Virus record (IMG/VR): IMGVR_UViG_3300049042_000257
Location: 1-38,891 of that record
Reading direction: 5' to 3' (one strand)
Origin: a virus
Taxonomy: Duplodnaviria > Caudoviricetes
DNA length: 38,891 bases
The position numbers were made by a program, and so were the translations under genes. Below the pieces are notes generated by a model. It ran no database searches. It was not told where the DNA came from and saw only the letters and a list, made by a program, of their open reading frames with translations. Shown piece after piece: positions 1 to 6,135 of this stretch. Numbering within the stretch: the first letter of the stretch is position 1; each line of letters opens with the position of its first letter.

Positions 1-82
1 GGGTTCCACCCTATTCGGTGTATGTGCAAATGCCCAAAAACAGCACTTTCGGGTACTCCAGGTAGCTTTGATAAGATGGGCA

Positions 83-302
83 GGATAGCCGGGATAACGG
101 CGCTACCCGAATCGGCTATCCCAATTAAGGTGTTGGTAAATAAGGACTTAGCCTCGGTCGGGATAACGGCGCGAAAAGCGCCGCTATCCCATTTTTTCCC
201 TTACGCAGTAAGGACTTAAGTGCTCCAGGATAGCGGCGCGACCAAAAAAAATTTCGGCGCGCATTTTTTCGCGCACGATTGGAAAACGGCTATCCGCTAT
301 CC
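83..302. repeat. Cluster of GGATA(G/A)C / GCTATCC heptamers in both orientations plus TAAGGACTTA direct repeat; candidate origin or packaging/terminus region
   Basis: GGATARC at 83, 92, 161, 228; GCTATCC at 115, 183, 289, 296; hairpin 160-172/178-190; TAAGGACTTA at 141-150 and 209-218; no credible ORF. Confidence 0.7.
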
Positions 303-347
303 CGACCTTCGATGACCCCTTCAGGGTCGTCGAACCTCGAAATCGAC

Positions 348-376
348 TTGACGAGGTCGCCCCGCCGCCATAAGAT
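348..376 (+). promoter_or_regulatory. Sigma70-type early promoter
   Basis: TTGACG (348-353), 17 nt spacer, TAAGAT (371-376); upstream of GGAG RBS and ATG 415; preceded by hairpin 308-334. Confidence 0.8.
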
Positions 377-414
377 CGAAGGCACGCCCAAGCAACACAT
401 CAACGGAGCCTGAT

Positions 415-651
415 ATGTTTCACATCGGATTAGACTACGAGATCAATGAATTCAAACCGGCCAAGGTCCAGGACTCACACGGGTTCGTGATCGGCCCCCG
501 AGAGCGGCGGTATCCACGAGCGCGCTGTTTTGACACACTCGAGGAGGCGGCGGATGCGCGGCGGATGATGATCCTGAGGAGGAGGCTCACACTCCGCCAG
601 ACGATCAAGGAGTGCCACGACGAGTTGCGGGAGGTCAACAAGCTGTGTTAA
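415..651 (+). CDS. Early protein, paralogue family member 1
   Basis: GGAG RBS; carries the A-x15-R-x2-IK-x2-H motif (RQTIKECH). Confidence 0.8.
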   Translation: MFHIGLDYEINEFKPAKVQDSHGFVIGPRERRYPRARCFDTLEEAADARRMMILRRRLTLRQTIKECHDELREVNKLC

Positions 652-944
652 TCTACTACGCCCACCACGTCGGTCAATTGACCGAGTTTGAAACGGAAGA
701 TGAGACAGAGACGCTCGACAGGCGTGCGGGGAATGAGTACGTCAAAAGCATCACTGGAAATCACTACCCACGGGGTAGGTGTTACCGCGTGAAGAACGAT
801 GCCCTGCGGCATGTGCTGCGAGATCAGGAAGCGAGTCGACTAGGAATCAGACGCGAAATCAAGGACCAACACGATGAACTCCGCAGAATCAATCGGCTCA
901 TTGAGCTTATTAACGATGAACTCAGCCCCGCAGGCAGGCCTTAA
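645..944 (+). CDS. Early protein, paralogue family member 2
   Basis: GTG 645 overlapping the previous stop, GGGAGG upstream; YPRGRCY resembles YPRARCF of member 1; RREIKDQH. Confidence 0.8.
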   Translation: MLIYYAHHVGQLTEFETEDETETLDRRAGNEYVKSITGNHYPRGRCYRVKNDALRHVLRDQEASRLGIRREIKDQHDELRRINRLIELINDELSPAGRP

Positions 945-1254
945 GAAGTACTACGCTTCGGCCGACTACAAGGTCATCGAGTTAAACGAGCACAGTGACC
1001 CGGAGTCGTACGAGAAGGGCTTCACGTTCGACACGAGGCTGAAGGCGATGCGCTGCGTTCGCAGCGAGATCACGGCAGCACTGAATCAAGCTCGTCAGTC
1101 GATCAAGCACTACCACAAGTGCTTGTGCAACGTCAAGGACGAGCACCATAGAAAGCACTACCGGCAGTCGCGACAGAAGTTCATGAAGGAAGAGTCAATA
1201 AACAAAGCTCTCCTCGCCGACATTGAAGCCCAGATCGCAAAGGAGTCAACATGA
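916..1254 (+). CDS. Early protein, paralogue family member 3
   Basis: ATG 916 preferred over 874; FDTRLKA...RQSIKHYH. Confidence 0.75.
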   Translation: MNSAPQAGLKKYYASADYKVIELNEHSDPESYEKGFTFDTRLKAMRCVRSEITAALNQARQSIKHYHKCLCNVKDEHHRKHYRQSRQKFMKEESINKALLADIEAQIAKEST

Positions 1255-1607
1255 GAGAGACGGTTCATATCACATGGTCGCCGGATGGCGGCTACAAAGA
1301 GTGGGTGCGAGCAGTCGCCCTGGACGGGTTCTTCAGGGGCCTCGGGCCGGAGAGGGGGATGAAAGTGCTGGTCCCGCGCAAGGCGGATATCCCAGGGTCA
1401 TGGCACTTGCACGGCGCGATCCAGGTTAACCCGAAAGATTTCGTCACGGAAAAAGCGGTTGCAATCCAGAGATATGCCGATAGAATGGACGCCTCGATGC
1501 GAGAGCGTCGATCCCAGATCAAGACGGCCCACGCTTCGCTTCAGGCGTTTAAGCGAGCCAGGACGAAAGCCGAAGCAGCACTCAAGGAGTTGAACGATGG
1601 AGCCTGA
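1251..1607 (+). CDS. Early protein, paralogue family member 4
   Basis: AAGGAG RBS, ATGA overlap; RSQIKTAH. Confidence 0.8.
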   Translation: MRETVHITWSPDGGYKEWVRAVALDGFFRGLGPERGMKVLVPRKADIPGSWHLHGAIQVNPKDFVTEKAVAIQRYADRMDASMRERRSQIKTAHASLQAFKRARTKAEAALKELNDGA

Positions 1608-1947
1608 TGACATGCCGCCGGTCACCGACACCCGCCCGACCGTGCATTTGATTTACAGCCCGGAACGCGACGTGTTCAGCGAGTACGTCAAGAGCAAGCA
1701 CTGCACGGACGAACACCCGCACCTGATCGTGGACCGGAAGCACGACGACACGGCGTGGAGCTACTTCCACCAGGCGATCCGCATCACGGACAAGGCGAAG
1801 GCGGTGCGTGAGTCGATGCGGGAGATCGAGCGGATTCTGGCGATGCACCGCCGGTACGTCAAGACGTACCACGAGGCGATCAAGGGGTCGAAGGCGATGC
1901 TGGCTGCCACTGAGGCAAAGGCGCTGGAGTGGGAGGCGGCACGATGA
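1597..1947 (+). CDS. Early protein, paralogue family member 5
   Basis: AAGGAG RBS; TVHLIYSP resembles TVHITWSP of member 4; RRYVKTYH. Confidence 0.8.
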   Translation: MEPDDMPPVTDTRPTVHLIYSPERDVFSEYVKSKHCTDEHPHLIVDRKHDDTAWSYFHQAIRITDKAKAVRESMREIERILAMHRRYVKTYHEAIKGSKAMLAATEAKALEWEAAR

Positions 1948-1958
1948 AAGGCTGGGCC

Positions 1959-1988
1959 TTGACGAACAAGCATCAACCATGATAGGAT
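1959..1988 (+). promoter_or_regulatory. Sigma70-type promoter, possibly giving a leaderless transcript at ATG 1996
   Basis: TTGACG (1959-1964), 18 nt spacer with TG extension, TAGGAT (1983-1988). Confidence 0.5.
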
Positions 1989-2889
1989 GAATGGCATGAA
2001 ATTTTTTTACTTGAGCAACGCAGCGGAGCTACTGATCGTCGTTGCGCGGAATTGGCGAGACAGCCATCCGAACGAACACTATGATTTCTGCGACGCCAAC
2101 AACGTATACATCGGATACCTGAACGCTCGCAACGACGTTGACATCGACCCGAAGCAGGCGGTGAGTAAGGGCGCTCGTCGCCTTGAGCGGCAGTTGACCG
2201 GCACCCGCCGCGAGATCAAAGAGTATCACGAGCGCGCTAAAAGCCTGAAGGCGGCGTCGGACATGGCGGCGACTAAAGACGTGGCAAGCGTGCCTGCGCT
2301 GCCGACGATGCAAGAGCAGACGGCGGCGAGAAAGGTGAAGGAACAGGAGGAACGCCGCAAGAAGGAAGAGGCGGACCGCCTGCGTGGAGTCATCAAGTCA
2401 GTCGACCCGTTCGACGAGTTCTGGTCGGAGTTGTCGCTGGCGGAGCAGCCGCGATACGGGCTGTCAAGCTCGGCAGCAGAGGTGGCACGGATCGTTCAGC
2501 ACTACTCGAATCCACGGAACACCGCTCCGGTCAGGACGTTGCAGGAGACGGCGAGCGACTACAATGTCCCGGTTGAGGCGCTGACACTAAACGCCGCCGC
2601 CCAGCGGGCTGCCGTTCAGAGAGTCATGCCGTCGCCGGATTTGCCTTCGGGCGTCATATCGTCCGTTCCGGTGTCCGAAGACGCAGTTGAGTTCATTTTA
2701 CGACAAGATCACCTGGAGGGGTCATGGCCGACGTTATCGCAAAGTACCGAGCCGCAAGTCTCGCCGAGGGATACTCATCCAACGCTCCAATACTGCCACA
2801 ACAGTTGGCAGAACTGGTCGCAGCCGACGCCATCTGTGATTGCCTGGTCGCCCTACGAAAATCCATCGACGCCGCCAGCGAGACCATGA
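1987..2889 (+). CDS. Early protein, paralogue family member 6 with long C-terminal extension (start may be 1996)
   Basis: RREIKEYH motif in N-terminal domain, then charged coiled coil; 3' end overlaps next gene by 166 nt. Confidence 0.75.
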   Translation: MNGMKFFYLSNAAELLIVVARNWRDSHPNEHYDFCDANNVYIGYLNARNDVDIDPKQAVSKGARRLERQLTGTRREIKEYHERAKSLKAASDMAATKDVASVPALPTMQEQTAARKVKEQEERRKKEEADRLRGVIKSVDPFDEFWSELSLAEQPRYGLSSSAAEVARIVQHYSNPRNTAPVRTLQETASDYNVPVEALTLNAAAQRAAVQRVMPSPDLPSGVISSVPVSEDAVEFILRQDHLEGSWPTLSQSTEPQVSPRDTHPTLQYCHNSWQNWSQPTPSVIAWSPYENPSTPPARP

Positions 2890-2960
2890 CCTGTACGATC
2901 CTGGCGGTTATCGGCGAAGACGAAGAGGAAGAGGAGGAAGTCGATGATGAGATGGATTAA
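2724..2960 (+). CDS. Hypothetical protein with acidic tail
   Basis: GGAGG RBS before ATG; helical protein ending EDEEEEEEVDDEMD. Confidence 0.65.
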   Translation: MADVIAKYRAASLAEGYSSNAPILPQQLAELVAADAICDCLVALRKSIDAASETMTCTILAVIGEDEEEEEEVDDEMD

Positions 2961-3063
2961 AGCGGTTGCGGAGTTTGCCTGCATCATGTTTTCCGCAACG
3001 GTGATACTGGCGATCTGGATTTCTATTGCGGGGGTTATTCTCAGGTTCCTGGAGCTTAGGTAG
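2944..3063 (+). CDS. Single-TM micropeptide (39 aa, MMRWIKAVAEFACIMFSATVILAIWISIAGVILRFLELR)
   Basis: Translated by hand; GAGGAGG RBS; long hydrophobic stretch; below ORF-track cutoff. Confidence 0.65.
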   Translation: MMRWIKAVAEFACIMFSATVILAIWISIAGVILRFLELR

Positions 3064-3155
3064 TGCGTCCAATTCGAGAGTTCTTTTCTTTGATCGGCCT
3101 CATCGCTTGCGTTGCGACCATCGGCGTGTGTCAAAAGCTGGGGTTTATCAAGTGA
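3063..3155 (+). CDS. Single-TM micropeptide (30 aa, MRPIREFFSLIGLIACVATIGVCQKLGFIK)
   Basis: GTG shares a base with previous TAG; GGAG upstream; hydrophobic core; its stop overlaps the next GTG. Confidence 0.6.
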   Translation: MRPIREFFSLIGLIACVATIGVCQKLGFIK

Positions 3156-3253
3156 ACAAGGTCGACCGGGCCATGGCACTCGCGTTCTTCGCGGTGCTGG
3201 CATCCACTGTTGTTTTGTCTCTTTACATTTTTCTGACGGGAGTTCGAGCATGA
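3152..3253 (+). CDS. Single-TM micropeptide (33 aa, MNKVDRAMALAFFAVLASTVVLSLYIFLTGVRA)
   Basis: GTGA overlap upstream, ATGA overlap with protease downstream; hydrophobic helix. Confidence 0.6.
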   Translation: MNKVDRAMALAFFAVLASTVVLSLYIFLTGVRA

Positions 3254-4158
3254 AGCGTTTTGTGATCGCGTTGTTGCTGGTCGCGGCGAGCGCCGCGTCG
3301 GTGTTTGCGGGTAATCCCGCAGTGGTGTCGAAACTGCAAGACGTCAGCGTGACGATCAAGTCAGGCGACGGCCAGGGCAGCGGTACTATTTTCAACCGCA
3401 AGGTCGGCAGCGACGTGGTGAGTTATGTGTGGACGGCGGCGCACGTCGTCGACAATCTCCGCAAGGTCCGGTCGGTCGTCATCAACGGCAGTCCGAAGGT
3501 GGTCGTCGAGTTCGACGACGCACAGATCGTGCAGGAGTTCAAGCAAGACGGCCGGCGCATCGGCGAGTTGAAGATGGAGGCGCGGGTGATCCGCTACTCG
3601 GACGCCGAGCAGGGGGAGGACTTAGCGCTCCTTCAGATTCGGAAGAAGAACTTCGTTCCTTACGAGACCTCTACGCGATTCTTCCTGAAAGACGAAATTC
3701 CACAGATCGGCACGCCGCTGTGTCACGTTGGGAGCTTGCTTGGTCAGGTCGGCGCAAACAGCTACACCGAAGGCGTGGTCAGCCAGATAGGTCGCGTCCT
3801 CGACCTCGGGGCAAACGGCGTCGTGTTCGACCAGACGACGGTGACGGCGTTCCCTGGGAGTAGCGGCGGCGGGGTGTACTCGCACGACGGCGTGTACGTT
3901 GGGATGCTGGTTCGCGGTGCGGGCGAGCAGTTCAACTTCATAGTTCCGGTTCGACGCATGAAGTCGTGGGCGAAGAACGCTGGCGTGGACTGGGCCATGG
4001 ACGACAAGGTGGCGATGCCGTCCGACTCGGACCTGAAGGCGCTGCCGATTGAAGACACGGGCGTGCAGTTCACGAATGAAGCGTGTCCGACGTCGAAAGA
4101 GTTTCCGGTTCTGCTTCATCGGCCGTCGGCTAAGCCCGGCCTGATTAAGCTGAACTAA
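3250..4158 (+). CDS. Secreted trypsin-like (S1) serine protease
   Basis: Signal peptide MKRFVIALLLVAASAASVFA; catalytic motifs TAAH, DLALL, PGSSGG; GGAG RBS and ATG 3250. Confidence 0.9.
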   Translation: MKRFVIALLLVAASAASVFAGNPAVVSKLQDVSVTIKSGDGQGSGTIFNRKVGSDVVSYVWTAAHVVDNLRKVRSVVINGSPKVVVEFDDAQIVQEFKQDGRRIGELKMEARVIRYSDAEQGEDLALLQIRKKNFVPYETSTRFFLKDEIPQIGTPLCHVGSLLGQVGANSYTEGVVSQIGRVLDLGANGVVFDQTTVTAFPGSSGGGVYSHDGVYVGMLVRGAGEQFNFIVPVRRMKSWAKNAGVDWAMDDKVAMPSDSDLKALPIEDTGVQFTNEACPTSKEFPVLLHRPSAKPGLIKLN

Positions 4159-4164
4159 CGAGCA

Positions 4165-4233
4165 GACGTAAGTCCGGGTTCAATTCCCGGTGGGCGCTAC
4201 ACGCGCACATGGTGTAACGGACAGCACGGCGTC
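4165..4233 (+). ncRNA. Circularly permuted tRNA-like RNA (YrlA-type topology)
   Basis: GACGT-AAGT-CCGGG/TTCAATT/CCCGG-TGGGCGC-loop TACAC-GCGCACA-TG-GTGT/AACGGACA/GCAC-G-GCGTC; T arm precedes D arm; acceptor 6/7 bp closed by a loop; anticodon stem formed by the two ends. Confidence 0.75.
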
Positions 4234-4237
4234 CCTT

Positions 4238-4305
4238 GGGGCTGGCTACGGGTAGCAGTTGTCGCCTGCAACGATGACATCTGGGTTCGACTCCCAGCGG
4301 TTCCA
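4238..4305 (+). tRNA. Non-canonical tRNA-Ala(UGC)-like RNA
   Basis: Acceptor GGGGCTG/CGGTTCC with G3:U70 and A73; anticodon loop CC-TGC-AA on a 7-bp stem; canonical T arm CTGGG-TTCGACT-CCCAG; shrunken D region; no encoded CCA. Confidence 0.65.
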
Positions 4306-4308
4306 CTT

Positions 4309-4398
4309 TAATAGTCCTGCGGGCCGAAAGGCAGGCTAAGCTGTACTGCGGTATGCGTCCCCACTAAAAGATGGCCGCTCTGTGGGCCAGGACTATTA
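4309..4398 (+). ncRNA. Candidate structured RNA closed by an 11-bp perfect stem
   Basis: TAATAGTCCTG (4309-4319) / CAGGACTATTA (4388-4398); internal GCC-GAAA-GGC GNRA hairpin. Confidence 0.45.
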
Positions 4399-4416
4399 TT
4401 TTCAAGCGAGGTTTTT

Positions 4417-4788
4417 ATGCAGTTCGCAGATTACTTTGTCGGCAAGACGATTGAAAGCATCCAGGGCGCGGAGGCTGGAAGTGAGGACGTAACCTTCTTC
4501 TTCACGGACGGCACCGCAGTCTCGACGTACCATAGCCAGGATTGCTGCGAAAGCGTCTCGATTGATCGAGTCGCAGGCGACATGCAGGAGTTGATTGGAA
4601 AGATTATTACCTCGGCGAGCGAGGAGGAGTCGCACGAAGGAGACAGGGAGTACGGCGAATCCTGCACCTGGACGGAGCAGACGTTTGAGGCCGACGGCGT
4701 CAAGGCAATGCTCGTGTGGCTTGGCCAGTCGAACGGCTATTACAGCGAGACTCCGTACACGCGAATCACGCACGGAGCCAAGGTGTGA
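4417..4788 (+). CDS. Acidic phage hypothetical protein (HxQDCCE motif)
   Basis: GAGG RBS; YHSQDCCESV and SNGYYS motifs that I recall from an uncharacterised phage protein family. Confidence 0.8.
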   Translation: MQFADYFVGKTIESIQGAEAGSEDVTFFFTDGTAVSTYHSQDCCESVSIDRVAGDMQELIGKIITSASEEESHEGDREYGESCTWTEQTFEADGVKAMLVWLGQSNGYYSETPYTRITHGAKV

Positions 4789-4970
4789 GTTCAATAATTG
4801 CGCTGTCCTGCATGATTGACTTTCCAGACGGCAGCCGCATCTGGATTCCGCCGAAAGGCAGGCCATACTGGGTCACTGGCCCGAAGTGCCCGTCGCATAG
4901 CTGCGGTCCGTCATTGACGGACGAGGAAATGAAACTGTACTTCAAGAAGCCCTCTTGCAACGACACTTAG
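4785..4970 (+). CDS. Small hypothetical protein
   Basis: GTGA overlap with previous stop, GGAG upstream. Confidence 0.5.
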   Translation: MSSIIALSCMIDFPDGSRIWIPPKGRPYWVTGPKCPSHSCGPSLTDEEMKLYFKKPSCNDT

Positions 4971-4982
4971 TTCTGCTAAGAT
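4955..4982 (+). promoter_or_regulatory. Sigma70-type promoter for tRNA-Glu and downstream genes
   Basis: TTGCAA, 16 nt spacer with TG extension, TAAGAT (same -10 as the promoter at 348). Confidence 0.6.
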
Positions 4983-4999
4983 TGATGTCTGAATTGCAC

Positions 5000-5072
5000 G
5001 CCCTGATCGTCTAGGGGTCTAGGACGCCGGGTTCTCCACTTGGTAACCGTGGTTCAAATCCACGTCAGGGTA
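5000..5072 (+). tRNA. tRNA-Glu(CUC)
   Basis: Cloverleaf GCCCTGA/TCAGGGT, D stem GTCT/GGAC, anticodon arm CCGGG-TT-CTC-CA-CTTGG, T arm CGTGG-TTCAAAT-CCACG; atypical C37; no encoded CCA. Confidence 0.85.
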
Positions 5073-5076
5073 CTTT

Positions 5077-5149
5077 CTCCGTGGCACCTAAGACTTCGGT
5101 GCCACAAACGATGAACTGAAAAGCACGTCTGAGTTTTTCTGCCACGGAG
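5077..5149 (+). promoter_or_regulatory. Leader with two mutually exclusive pairings, one sequestering the SD of the 5156 gene
   Basis: CTCCGTGGCA (5077-5086) pairs TGCCACGGAG (5140-5149); alternatively GTGGCACC (5081-5088) pairs GGTGCCAC (5098-5105). Confidence 0.5.
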
Positions 5150-5155
5150 TAATTT

Positions 5156-5464
5156 ATGTTTGTCGACAAGGCGTTGTCCAACAGGCTCGAAGCTGAGCTT
5201 ACGAGGGACGACCCGCGTCATGCGGACTTTGAGATCAGCAAGCTCGACGAGCTTGAGGAGCTTATGCGGCTGGAGCAGACCTCCACTCGCCGCGCGATCG
5301 AGCGCAAGCTGGAGAATGTTCAGGGCGAAATCTCGCTAATGCGGGACGACGTCAAAGAAGCCGCCGACCTCGCGAGAGCCTCGGTCGTCGTAGACGTCTT
5401 GTGTGCAATGATGGTAGCGGCAGGGCTGATGGGGTTTGGCTATATGATGTCAGGGGGTAAGTAA
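5156..5464 (+). CDS. Coiled-coil protein with C-terminal TM anchor
   Basis: GGAG RBS; heptad-like region then hydrophobic tail. Confidence 0.8.
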   Translation: MFVDKALSNRLEAELTRDDPRHADFEISKLDELEELMRLEQTSTRRAIERKLENVQGEISLMRDDVKEAADLARASVVVDVLCAMMVAAGLMGFGYMMSGGK

Positions 5465-5709
5465 TGGACGGGCCGTTTATGGTTCCCATTGCGATCATGG
5501 CGTCCGTGTGGACGCTGACTATCTTAGCTGGTGCCTGCTTGTTGATGTGGATCAACGCCAAGAGTCGTGGATGGCAGGCGGGGTACAAAGCTGCCGTCGA
5601 CGAAGTCAAGAAAAACACCACAAAAACTGGACTTGTCAGGTACGCCCTGGACGCAAAGACTGGCGAGATTAAGATCGTCGACAAGCACAAAATCCTTACC
5701 GGACTGTAA
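5464..5709 (+). CDS. Small membrane protein
   Basis: TAATG coupling; N-terminal TM helix. Confidence 0.75.
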   Translation: MDGPFMVPIAIMASVWTLTILAGACLLMWINAKSRGWQAGYKAAVDEVKKNTTKTGLVRYALDAKTGEIKIVDKHKILTGL

Positions 5710-6039
5710 TTGAACACGCTTATCTCCGCATTCGGCCTGTCGTTGACCCCGGAACAGTGGGTCAAGCATTCGTTTTGCCGTGTATCGGCCAACGAAATCC
5801 GGCAGCGAATCAAGGAGGGTATGGACGCGCAAGACGCGATCACGTCACCTCCGGCCAGGAAGAAAGAGAAGCGGTTCAAAGGAATCTCGTTTCACAAGAC
5901 GATCAAGAAGTGGATCGCCCAGATCAAGGTCGACGGCAAGGTTGAGTTTCTCGGGTCGTTTGACACCGACGTATTAGCAGCAGAGGCATACGATGCACGC
6001 GCTCGCGGTCTTGGCAGAGAATGCAACTTCAGAGAGTGA
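5710..6039 (+). CDS. AP2-domain DNA-binding protein (no nuclease domain seen)
   Basis: FKGISFHKTIKKWIAQIKVDGKVEFLGSFDTDVLAAEAYD is an AP2/ERF-like pattern; TTG start adjoining previous stop. Confidence 0.8.
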   Translation: MNTLISAFGLSLTPEQWVKHSFCRVSANEIRQRIKEGMDAQDAITSPPARKKEKRFKGISFHKTIKKWIAQIKVDGKVEFLGSFDTDVLAAEAYDARARGLGRECNFRE

Positions 6040-6135
6040 CTTGCATGTAATCTGCCGCACGGTCATCATCGTTGTCACGATTGTCATGATCTTCGGTTGC
6101 GGATGGAATCGGCCGAACAAATGCAGGATGGCATA

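Noticed and set aside
22-219. 65-aa ORF at the left end
   Set aside because: No RBS, lies across the inverted-repeat array and upstream of the early promoter; probably non-coding
83-302. CRISPR-like or mini-array
   Set aside because: Repeats are 7-13 nt, in both orientations and irregularly spaced; no cas genes
3112-3249. Extended N-terminus of the protease from TTG 3112
   Set aside because: The signal peptide and RBS place the start at ATG 3250; the upstream DNA is better explained by micropeptides in other frames
4165-4198. tRNA 3' fragment as an attP site
   Set aside because: No integrase in the window, and the matching 5' half lies directly downstream, which an attP does not explain
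4165-4305. Two-piece permuted tmRNA
   Set aside because: The permuted element has a full D arm and no tag-coding region; the Ala-like element is closed by a 7-nt anticodon loop with no mRNA-like domain
6070-6089. TTGTCACGA-TTGTCATGA tandem before the SNF2 gene as an operator
   Set aside because: Only two short imperfect copies and no second occurrence noticed; too weak to call
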